Positions 28,747 to 37,563 of a stretch of 51,321 nt of DNA are shown piece after piece (the first letter of the stretch is position 1; each line of letters starts with the position of its first letter). Where the stretch lies: positions 1 through 51,321 of the forward strand of contig RDOB01000011.1 of NCBI GenBank assembly GCA_011364965.1, read 5' to 3'. The stretch comes from Candidatus Heimdallarchaeota archaeon (GTDB lineage: Archaea > Asgardarchaeota > Heimdallarchaeia > Hodarchaeales > Hodarchaeaceae). Both the position numbers and the translations under genes were made by a program. The notes beneath the pieces are model-generated. The model did no database searches. It saw only the letters and a program-made list of their open reading frames with translations, and had not been told where the DNA came from.

Positions 28747-29880
28747 ATGAATATCTCAGAATTAATCTTCACAAATCTGGCGCCAATTCTTTACAATTTA
28801 ATTTTTATCTTACTCTGGTTCTTTTGGATGAATTTTCATAACGAAAAAAAGGATGGATTAAGTAAAAAGCTATTTCAAAGATATTTGAAGGATTCAAAGA
28901 TCTTCTATACAGTCACAGTAGTAGTTATTATTTCTTTTCTCTTCTTGTTATTCTCATATGCAATTTTCAACACTGATGTGGATGATGCCATCACATCTGG
29001 AGTACAGGCATTCTTAAATGGGCAGAATCCTTATATAGAAGATGTAGTTATTCATAAAACAGCAACTGGAGAAATAATTTATGGAACTTATCATTATTTT
29101 CCTCCAGATTTATTGGTTTATGCCTTTTTTTACCTTGTAATCGGAAATCTTTTTCTACCAGTCCTAGATACTTATTGGTTCGTTCCCTTACACCTTTTAT
29201 TGATAATACCAGGTTATATTCTCACAAAGAAAATCGTCATGTGGCCTTCTAACAGATTATTCCCTCTTTTTTTGCTCATATTAACTCCTTTTCTATTTAC
29301 TAATTCCATTTTAATGTGGTTTTACTTTATAATTGGGTATTATCTCTATGAAATCCAAGAAAAGAAAGATTTGGGCATGGTTTTCTATGTACTCGCTGCT
29401 TCTGTAAAATATATGGTAGGTTTCATCATCTTATTTTATTTTCTTGATCTAATAAAAAAATACTATACTGAACCAAAAGGGATAAGGGATTTCTATATTG
29501 ATATGAGGCCATTTATACTTGGGAGTGTGGTTTTGGCTATTACAACAATTCCTTTCGGTTTGATTGAAGTGATAATAGCTGTGTTTCTGTATCAGGGTAT
29601 ATTTCGTGATGAAGTAGCGCAATCGGTTGGACCAATCCTGATTGAGCTATTAACAGCCTTGAATTTAAAAGATATTTTCTTTTTAATTGCTGCATGTTTA
29701 TCAATTATAATGCTAATAATTATTAGAAAACTCCCGAAGTATGATCAAATAATGCACTTTTCCTTTTTCTGTATGCTTATATTACCGTTTTATGGAACAG
29801 AGCTATTTATTACTGTCCCCTTTTACTGGTGGTTTTTAGAAGGAAAAAATTATCTTACAAAAGGGACCTCAGAACTTTAA
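28747..29880 (+). CDS. GT-C fold membrane glycosyltransferase (GT87/DUF2029-like)
   Basis: TDVD in the first extracytoplasmic loop, FLNGQNPY, YHYFPP, LAASVKY; about 10 TMs. Confidence 0.65.
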   Translation: MNISELIFTNLAPILYNLIFILLWFFWMNFHNEKKDGLSKKLFQRYLKDSKIFYTVTVVVIISFLFLLFSYAIFNTDVDDAITSGVQAFLNGQNPYIEDVVIHKTATGEIIYGTYHYFPPDLLVYAFFYLVIGNLFLPVLDTYWFVPLHLLLIIPGYILTKKIVMWPSNRLFPLFLLILTPFLFTNSILMWFYFIIGYYLYEIQEKKDLGMVFYVLAASVKYMVGFIILFYFLDLIKKYYTEPKGIRDFYIDMRPFILGSVVLAITTIPFGLIEVIIAVFLYQGIFRDEVAQSVGPILIELLTALNLKDIFFLIAACLSIIMLIIIRKLPKYDQIMHFSFFCMLILPFYGTELFITVPFYWWFLEGKNYLTKGTSEL

Positions 29881-29923
29881 TATTAGAAGAGCTTTCTTAT
29901 TCCGCCAAGAAATTGAAATAAAA

Positions 29924-30163
29924 TTAACTTTTAGGGTCAGCAATTGTAGTTATCACTGAAATACTTCTAACAGAAAACCTTTCGTCAACATAGAGGATTC
30001 TTACATGCCTTTGAGGTTCTGTAAGCCCATGAATATCTACAACTTGACATACTCCAGAAATCGAGGGTTTATAATCGGCTCTGTTAAGTTTAAGAGGAAT
30101 TGCTCGTTTACAGATTGGACAAGGTTCACAATTAAGATCAACTAGCTCTGCTTTGGGGGACAT
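29924..30163 (-). CDS. Small putative Zn-binding protein (CxxC...H...H)
   Basis: CPIC...VDIHG....HVRILYVD..F.VR; resembles small domains I recall as common in Asgard genomes. Confidence 0.6.
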   Translation of the reverse strand: MSPKAELVDLNCEPCPICKRAIPLKLNRADYKPSISGVCQVVDIHGLTEPQRHVRILYVDERFSVRSISVITTIADPKS

Positions 30164-30532
30164 TGTCTAGCTCACTACAGATAATTCAGTAAAAAGAATC
30201 TCTTGTTTGTGATTCAAAAACCTTTGCTAATTCTTGATTTTTTATTTTCATTCTCTATTGATAGATGCATCAATAAGAGTAATTAATAATTTGAATAATA
30301 AAATAACACTAGATTAGATCTTATTGTGCTAAAATATCCTTTTTACGACATTCATTAGGAATAGATTATCAGGGATACTAAGTAAGTATGACTTAGTAGA
30401 ATTTTTGGGATATTTCTAGGAAAAAAAGGTTTAGATCCAAAAAAGTTAGCTTTAAAAACCAGTTTCACTACTATTTAATCAACCAGAAAAATATCTACCT
30501 ATTTTTCCTGCTAAACAAAGGAGGTTTAGCTA

Positions 30533-30865
30533 GTGGAAGAAAATGAACTTCTTGTTGATACCCCCTGGGGAAAACTAGTTACAGCAAAAGGTCTAAAATA
30601 TTTATTAAAGGGTTTTCAAAACGATTTACAAAATATCCAAGGAACTCTTGAGGAGTTTGACACGCGATTAGAGGAGCTTGAGGAAAACATCTCGATTGTT
30701 AATGCTAATAGTCGAGTACAAGCACTTGAGGGATCCCTGAAATCTTTAGAGGACGATATCCAAGAAATTCGAGCCAATCAGAAAAAATTTGCTGCTCATG
30801 TAAAGAAAATGTTTGAACTTTTTTATTCTCGTTTAGATGAACTCACTCTTAGCCAAGAAAGGTAA
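30533..30865 (+). CDS. Small coiled-coil hypothetical protein
   Basis: GGAGG upstream of the GTG start; clear heptad pattern (LQNIQGTLEEFDTRLEELEE...LEGSLKSLEDDIQEI). Confidence 0.7.
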   Translation: MEENELLVDTPWGKLVTAKGLKYLLKGFQNDLQNIQGTLEEFDTRLEELEENISIVNANSRVQALEGSLKSLEDDIQEIRANQKKFAAHVKKMFELFYSRLDELTLSQER

Positions 30866-30885
30866 AAATAACATATATTTCATAT

Positions 30886-33144
30886 CTAAAGTTCTAATTC
30901 AGGATTGGAGGAAGTTAATATAGTTTTTATTCGTAGAGCTAGCTTTTTTCCGATTCCTTCAACACGTTCGATTTCTTCGAGAGTTGCCTCTGCTATTGCA
31001 TTAATAGTATGAAAGTCTTTTAATAATGCTTTTGCTTTTGTAATATTAATTCCAGGAATCACGGATAACATATAAGTTTGTACTTCACGGATGGTTGATT
31101 CTTTTCTTGAAATGGATGGCAAACTGATTCCAGTTCTCTCTGTATATTGCTCACGTTTAGCTAAGTTAAAAAGTAGACTAGCAGTTTCTAAATCTCCCTG
31201 TGTATAAACAATGGGGATATTAAAGTCGAGGATGATAGAACTCAAAGCACCCATAATACTATTTACGTTAATTTGCCGTGTAGGCATTTCAGAATCAAGC
31301 TGGATTATTAATAATGGTAGTATTTGTTCAGCTAACCTCTCCAGCTGTGAAGATTGACCCGAAGTACTAGATTGAAATAACCGTCCGTCAATAATAGAAT
31401 CAATGAAATCTTTGTAAGATTTTCTTTCTACAATTAATCGATCTGATAATATATAATCACCAACAAGGAGATTTTTGGGTTTGATTTGTGCTCCCTTCTC
31501 TTTCAGTAGTTTGGGAATTTTACTAGTGGATTCCCTAACATCAACATAGACTTGGGGGCTTTTACTCTTTTCCTTATCTATCTCTGACTTCTCGTCACCT
31601 ACAGAGAAATATTTATCGAGCGTCTCCGAAGCAGCTTTTTGTTCCTGTGAGGAGAGTAACTCAGGTAGATCATGTTTCAGGAATTTTTTCATCTGTTGGT
31701 CTTTTCGTTTGATCGCCCAATACATCGCTTCATCACGAGTACCTTTAGTAACAAGATGAATTACTTTTGACTTCTTCTTGCGACCTCGGCCGCGACGTTG
31801 CACTGCTCGTACAACAGAGGGAACTGAATCATAGAAAACAACAAGGTCGCAATTTCCCACATCTAAGCCTTCTTCCCCAACTGAAGTACTTAGCAAAATA
31901 TTCAGATCACCCTCTTTAAAGGCTTTCACAACATCCAACTGCTGCTTTGAAGAAAGCCCCTTGTCAGCAGATGTACTAGAATGTCCCACAAATATATCAG
32001 AAACAATTCCAGCTTTGGACAAGGCAGAATGAAGGAAACGGACTGTGTCTCGAAAATTACTGAAAATGATTATTTTAGATTTGTAAGAAGTTAGATTGGA
32101 TAAAGAGTGTTTGATTTCTTTTACAAGATGATCTAACTTTGGATGAATGAGCGAATCATCAACAATGGCTGACTCGATTCGGATGGTCCTTTCATCCTCA
32201 AGAAAAAGACGTAAAGCTTTTGAGGAGGATTTCTTTCTCCATTTCTGAAGCGCCTGATATGCTTGAGGGAATCCTTGGCTTTCTACAAGCTCTTGTAAAT
32301 GTTGAACTCGAATGAGATTTGAAGTAGCAATGAGAAATTCTCCATATTGAGGATCTTCTTTTGTTAACTGAACCACCTGTTGATGATAAGCTAATGCCTC
32401 ACGTTTACCAATATAACGAGATTTTTCAAGTGAAGGAAGGCTTTTTGTCAGATTAGATATAATTTCATCTTGAAAGTTCTGAAGGATAGTAAGTACATCC
32501 TTATAAACCTCAGGTAAATGAATCCACACGACTTTAGGGGTATGAAGGGAAACATAATCGGCAACTGAAGCCTCGCTTGGGTCAGTAAAGGAAATGTAAG
32601 AGATTTTGAGATTATTACAGACTTCTAGTATTTTATTTGGGTTGTTTCCTGGTGTAGCAGTAAACCCAACAATTTTCTTCTTCATCTGGGAAGTGATTCC
32701 AACATATGCATAATCTCCTGTTGCTCTATGAACTTCATCAATACACATCAAGCTAATATTATTGAGATTCAATCGAGAATATGTCAAATCATTTTCAACT
32801 GTTTGGGGTGTACCAACTATTATTTTTGCATTTGGATAAAGCTCAGTCCGTTCTTCAGGTTTAATTTCTCCAGAAATCTCTAAAACCAATTCTGGGGTTA
32901 AATTGCCAATGAACTGAGTCATCATCTCCTTAATTTGTCGGACTAATGGTCTGGTAGGAGTAAGGACTAAAATTTGTTTCGAGGGAAATTTTTTTAGGAA
33001 AAAAGCGGCAAGATATGCCATAATAACGGTTTTTCCAAGTCCAGTTGGAAGTACAACCAATATATTTCCAGAATGTGAGACACAATCTGAGAAAATCACC
33101 TGTTGATAAATCCGTGGTTCAATATTGGTTAATAACTTGTTCAA
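30886..33144 (-). CDS. hef: Hef (FANCM/Mph1-like SF2 helicase + ERCC4/XPF nuclease + HhH2)
   Basis: LPTGLGKT, DEVHRA.GDYAY, TATPG, STSVGEEGLD, QRRGRG, VGDY...VERK...DGRL, IPGI..., VEGIG. Confidence 0.95.
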   Translation of the reverse strand: MNKLLTNIEPRIYQQVIFSDCVSHSGNILVVLPTGLGKTVIMAYLAAFFLKKFPSKQILVLTPTRPLVRQIKEMMTQFIGNLTPELVLEISGEIKPEERTELYPNAKIIVGTPQTVENDLTYSRLNLNNISLMCIDEVHRATGDYAYVGITSQMKKKIVGFTATPGNNPNKILEVCNNLKISYISFTDPSEASVADYVSLHTPKVVWIHLPEVYKDVLTILQNFQDEIISNLTKSLPSLEKSRYIGKREALAYHQQVVQLTKEDPQYGEFLIATSNLIRVQHLQELVESQGFPQAYQALQKWRKKSSSKALRLFLEDERTIRIESAIVDDSLIHPKLDHLVKEIKHSLSNLTSYKSKIIIFSNFRDTVRFLHSALSKAGIVSDIFVGHSSTSADKGLSSKQQLDVVKAFKEGDLNILLSTSVGEEGLDVGNCDLVVFYDSVPSVVRAVQRRGRGRKKKSKVIHLVTKGTRDEAMYWAIKRKDQQMKKFLKHDLPELLSSQEQKAASETLDKYFSVGDEKSEIDKEKSKSPQVYVDVRESTSKIPKLLKEKGAQIKPKNLLVGDYILSDRLIVERKSYKDFIDSIIDGRLFQSSTSGQSSQLERLAEQILPLLIIQLDSEMPTRQINVNSIMGALSSIILDFNIPIVYTQGDLETASLLFNLAKREQYTERTGISLPSISRKESTIREVQTYMLSVIPGINITKAKALLKDFHTINAIAEATLEEIERVEGIGKKLALRIKTILTSSNPELEL

Positions 33145-33453
33145 ATAACATCTAACTCCGAAATCTTAACCTAAAAAGGATTTAGTTATTTCCTTCATTT
33201 CCCAGTTCAAACTATTCTCACTTTTAAAGTCTTTAGACAGATATATTTGAGCTTTAGGATCAAAGTTTAAAGAAAAGTGCTTCTCTTTCATACATTTATG
33301 AGCACTTGTGTGGTAATTTCAAAAAAAGAACCACTTTGCATTAAGAGGATAATCTTTCGGTTAAATAAATAAATGGAATAATGAAAAGTAGCTTTAAAAA
33401 GAGACGATTATTCATTAACCTTAAGAAACCCTATAAAATTGATTGTGATAAAA

Positions 33454-34278
33454 ATGAGTACAGAACCAACCCCCCAGGAAGAACCAACTTCAAAGGATAT
33501 AGTTGAACGAAAAATCATTTTAGATCTTTGGAAAACTAAAATGCATGGAGAAATTATTGGAATTAAACAAAAAGAAGAGTATATGGCTAAATCAAGGCAG
33601 TTTAATAGAGATTTAGAACTATTCGGAGAAGTGAAAGAAGTAAACAAGAATGGAGAAGAAGAAACATTTGGTTATTTAGGTTATCGAACAGGTTTGTGGG
33701 ATGAGGAACCAGATAAATTTAATCGACGACTTGTAATTAAGTTATTTAGTAAATCTATGTATTATCAAGGCACCATTGAAGAAATGGTTGGAAGAGAATT
33801 CACTCGATCCCTTTCTGCTCGAAAGGATTTCCCAGCCTTCACCTGTTTAATCGATGGGTATGATTATCTAATATCATTAAATAAAACAAGAGGTGGATTC
33901 TTCTTGCCTGAATGGTATGTTTTTCGATTAGAAGATGAAAATGCGTTCATTCCAGTCATTCTCAAGCATAAAATGGGACCAGGTATTGACTATAGGGTCG
34001 TTAACGGAATAGGAGGAAACCAATTTGGTTTTATCAATGGAATTAAGTTTGACATCGGGGGAAAATATGAAATAACACTCAAAGGTGACAAGGATTTACT
34101 AAGTAATGTGATGGTTCGAACCTTAATTCTATATGCTGCATCTTTGAAATTCCACAAAGATATCTACAAGAAAATCAAGAAAGGAACTAAGAAGATGAAA
34201 AAGGGTGAGTGGAAACCGAATGTTTCAAATGAAGAACTTGCGCTGAGACGAAATCCAAGAGCAATGCTTCGAAAATAA
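33454..34278 (+). CDS. Hypothetical soluble protein, possibly Tubby-C/LURP1/scramblase-like beta-barrel
   Basis: Beta-rich, ending in DY.V...GFI...FDIGGKYEITL followed by a hydrophobic helix (RTLILYAASL). Fold call is tentative. Confidence 0.5.
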   Translation: MSTEPTPQEEPTSKDIVERKIILDLWKTKMHGEIIGIKQKEEYMAKSRQFNRDLELFGEVKEVNKNGEEETFGYLGYRTGLWDEEPDKFNRRLVIKLFSKSMYYQGTIEEMVGREFTRSLSARKDFPAFTCLIDGYDYLISLNKTRGGFFLPEWYVFRLEDENAFIPVILKHKMGPGIDYRVVNGIGGNQFGFINGIKFDIGGKYEITLKGDKDLLSNVMVRTLILYAASLKFHKDIYKKIKKGTKKMKKGEWKPNVSNEELALRRNPRAMLRK

Positions 34279-34378
34279 TCCTAAAACCTGCTAAAAATAA
34301 AATAAGTAATAGGAGGGAGAGAACTTTCTTTGATAAAATCATTTGATCCACCCTCGGCCGAATAGTCGGATGAGAAAC

Positions 34379-34504
34379 CTAATTCTTCAAATACAGTTCG
34401 TCTTCTAGAAGATCGTCTAGAGCCCATTCTCGAAGAAAATCAGAGAGAGCACGATAGAAATACTTCTTCCCAGCATTTACAGCGGATTTGATTATATTCG
34501 GCAT
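34379..34504 (-). CDS. Unannotated 41-aa small ORF
   Basis: MPNIIKSAVNAGKKYFYRALSDFLREWALDDLLEDELYLKN*; TATA-like TATATTAAG about 40 nt upstream; lies in an otherwise empty 730-nt gap. Confidence 0.45.
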   Translation of the reverse strand: MPNIIKSAVNAGKKYFYRALSDFLREWALDDLLEDELYLKN

Positions 34505-35007
34505 AATTTGAAGATCGTCTTGCAATTTTGTACTTCCAAGCTTAATATAGGAAAATGAAGTTCTTAAAGCTATCTAAAAAGGCAGGTTAGAACGAGTTTA
34601 AGGAATAGAATGATGCATTTAATCCCTCTATAAGTGCCATCTGAGAATCAAAGATATATTAGGTTACTATATTCTCTAGGCGTTTTTAGATCAATAGATC
34701 GATTCGTCTTTAGAAAAAATTTGGCTAGATGATATATTATTCCTTAATTAACAAAATATTTGTAATCAAGGGCATAAAATTATTTTATTGCTTAAATAGC
34801 TATTTCTGGTTACTTTTAGGAAAAATTTATTCCTTTTTAGGAGAATTTGTCAAGAAATACCACGATTAATTATTGGGAATAAAAAAATAAAAGAAAAATC
34901 ATGCAATGATCAATAATGATCAAGGAAGCGCAAGATTTATAAATATCGTACGACTTTATATTGGTATAAATCCTAGAAGATCTAGCTTATGAAAGGGGAA
35001 TTATTTA

Positions 35008-35868
35008 ATGAAACACTATAAAAATATTATCTTTAAATTCATTTCAGCTCTTCTGATACTCCAGATTTGTTTAACAAGTGGAGTTAATGCAAATGAAATT
35101 CTATTTATCACAAGTTATTGGAATACGACGGATTATTATAGTGAAATAGGATTAGATGATTGGAAAGAAGCTGGAAAAGTCGATTTTTCTATTTCTGGAT
35201 ATCAGGGTAGCTTGTATGTTAAAAATGATTATCAAAATTTGTTTTTGGGGATTCTTGTTTTAGGAAAGCCAAATGGAAACGTCACATGGAGATTAAATAT
35301 TGATATTGACGCTGATAGATATTGGGCAGAGGATGCGAAAGAATTAAAGGTAACAGAGGATGATAGTAATGATTTTCTACTAGCTATCGATGATCAAAAT
35401 TACCTTCAAAGTGATCCAAATCCATACAGCGATTCTTCATCTGATGATTTTAGTGCAAGGATGCGAATTTTCACTTACTTCGGTGAAAATTATACAATCT
35501 TTGAATTATCTATACCTCTGCAGTCTAATGATCTCCTTAATGACTTACAAGTGCCCAATCTCGAAGAAAGTATTATAGGGGTCTCTTTGGATGTCTTTAA
35601 TAATGATTTGGAAACAAATGGAACATGGAAAGGAGGAGTATACCCATTCTTTGCTGATTCCTCTAATTATGCACAAATCATTTTTGCAGGACCACAAGAT
35701 CGACAAATTCCGATATTTGAGGAAGAACCACCTTTCACATCAACTACTACTCAGGATAAAGGTGAAGACTGGGAACCTGCAGGGGCAGCCAGTGGATTTG
35801 AAATATGGATTGGTTTAACTAGTATTGGATGTACAACATTCATTCTTTATAGGAGGAAGAAAAGATGA
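35008..35868 (+). CDS. Secreted DOMON/CBM9-like protein with C-terminal CTERM sorting signal
   Basis: Signal peptide; G.DDW, LYVKND..NLFLGI, IFELSIPL; T-rich linker then ASGFE-hydrophobic-RRKKR (PGF/Heimdall-CTERM-like). Confidence 0.7.
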   Translation: MKHYKNIIFKFISALLILQICLTSGVNANEILFITSYWNTTDYYSEIGLDDWKEAGKVDFSISGYQGSLYVKNDYQNLFLGILVLGKPNGNVTWRLNIDIDADRYWAEDAKELKVTEDDSNDFLLAIDDQNYLQSDPNPYSDSSSDDFSARMRIFTYFGENYTIFELSIPLQSNDLLNDLQVPNLEESIIGVSLDVFNNDLETNGTWKGGVYPFFADSSNYAQIIFAGPQDRQIPIFEEEPPFTSTTTQDKGEDWEPAGAASGFEIWIGLTSIGCTTFILYRRKKR

Positions 35869-37559
35869 AGAGAAGTCTAGTACTCTCACTAGGAATCATG
35901 GTTATTGTATTTCTATCAATCTTTCCTATATCTCTTGCGAAAGGATCCAATAATAACAGAACTACTTTTTATGGGAGCATTTATGAGCAAACTCAGGCCA
36001 TTGAAGATTATTATTTGCATCAAGATTCAAAAGCATTAAAGAAGGATAGAAACGAAGCAGTAATTGAGACAAAAACAAATTCTCTTTTTGCTTCTACTTT
36101 ATTTCATGAATACTCGAATGGTGGTTCAATTAAACTCCAGAATATTGCCCAATCCATTGTTCGTGCGAGTACACAGTATTTTGATGAAGCATATACAAGT
36201 GATAATGCAGGATGGGTGAGTATGTATGATTTTTATAAAGCAGAGAATAGCTATGTTAAAAGTCGTAAATTTACACACGATCAAGTCCTAATGATGCTAA
36301 GCTTGGCGCTCAGCTATTCCAATTTGGCTTCTGATGATGAATTCAAATCTGATTATGCAGAGGGAATAACTGAAACTCAGGGATTCATTGAACGGAATTT
36401 ACAGGAAACAGAGAGCGGATGGGTTGATTCTTTGTTTACTGTTAATAGAACAAGTTATACAAAGAATCATTTTCGAATCATTGAGAATATCTGTTGGACA
36501 ATTTGGGCAATTTTGTCTCTTCCTGATTCGATTGATTCACCTTTTTCTCTAACAGAAATTACTCAAATAATGAACCTGATACATACAAATGGAACCTACA
36601 ATGGGGCAGTTTTTAATGTATTGTCTCCTGACTGGGACTCTTCTGACGATGTTCTAAAGCTTCGTACAAATGCATTATATGGAATAATTAATCTTATGCT
36701 ATATGAGATAACATCTAATACCAATTTTCTGGATCGTGGAAAAGCAATTTTTGACTTTATTAGATCAAATATGTACGATAGGGGATTCGGAGGATTTTTC
36801 GATGTCGTTGACAAAAATGGAATGCTAGTTGTCCAAAGAAAAAGTACTACTGGAAATGCTCTGGCATGCTTACTATCCAGCAAATTATGCAAATTCTATC
36901 CGACAAATGAGACAATAAAAACCACTTTAGTGAGGACAAACAGATTTATTGAGGAAAACCTTCTAAATGAAAACTCTGGATTATATTATATTACTTGTGA
37001 GAGATCAGGATCACCTCTAATACAACATTCCTTGCAAACTGATACAATACGGTTGTGGCAACGTGTAAACTCTCTACATATAATAAATGGCTCAATTTCA
37101 TCAGAAATCTCAATCGGAGATAAGATTGAAATAGATTTATATCTAAATAATAAGGAGAACCTAAATTATTCAATTTTTATCAACGGTGATGAGATAGAAT
37201 CTTATAATCAGACCTCCACTGATTCACACCTTTCTCTTCTTTTGAATTTGAAAAGTAACGCTGAAATTGGCTATTCAGATATAGATATTACAATTAAAGT
37301 CTTATCTGGAATAATCGACCAAAACTCAGTGCAAATCAGAATTGGATCTGATCGACGACTTCCACAAGGATTGGTTTATCTAATCGCATTGGGACTCTTA
37401 GCAGGCATTGTCGTAGTTGTAAGATATCCTCCAAAAAACATTGGAGAAATCTTGACGCGATTAAGTACAATTAGTGCGGTTGAGGAAGAAGCAGATACTC
37501 AAACTGAAGAAGACCAGGCGCAAGATAAGGAAAGAAAAATTCCTCAGAGTGAGGATTAG
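35865..37559 (+). CDS. Secreted (alpha/alpha)6-barrel protein (GH76/AGE-epimerase-like) with C-terminal TM anchor
   Basis: Signal peptide; repeated hairpins (FLDRGKAIFDFIRSNMYD..GGFF, K.T.GNA, GLYY); beta-rich stalk; TM at GLVYLIALGLLAGIVVVV. ATGA overlap with the upstream gene. Confidence 0.65.
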   Translation: MKRSLVLSLGIMVIVFLSIFPISLAKGSNNNRTTFYGSIYEQTQAIEDYYLHQDSKALKKDRNEAVIETKTNSLFASTLFHEYSNGGSIKLQNIAQSIVRASTQYFDEAYTSDNAGWVSMYDFYKAENSYVKSRKFTHDQVLMMLSLALSYSNLASDDEFKSDYAEGITETQGFIERNLQETESGWVDSLFTVNRTSYTKNHFRIIENICWTIWAILSLPDSIDSPFSLTEITQIMNLIHTNGTYNGAVFNVLSPDWDSSDDVLKLRTNALYGIINLMLYEITSNTNFLDRGKAIFDFIRSNMYDRGFGGFFDVVDKNGMLVVQRKSTTGNALACLLSSKLCKFYPTNETIKTTLVRTNRFIEENLLNENSGLYYITCERSGSPLIQHSLQTDTIRLWQRVNSLHIINGSISSEISIGDKIEIDLYLNNKENLNYSIFINGDEIESYNQTSTDSHLSLLLNLKSNAEIGYSDIDITIKVLSGIIDQNSVQIRIGSDRRLPQGLVYLIALGLLAGIVVVVRYPPKNIGEILTRLSTISAVEEEADTQTEEDQAQDKERKIPQSED

Positions 37560-37563
37560 GAGA

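Noticed and set aside
30164-30532. AT-rich gap near priSL/hef as a replication origin
   Set aside because: No ORB-like repeats with G-strings and no orc1/cdc6 nearby.
37474-37563. Basic N-terminal extension of the 1174-aa ORF
   Set aside because: Overlaps the upstream gene; ATG 37564 has an AGGAG and starts at the zinc ribbon.
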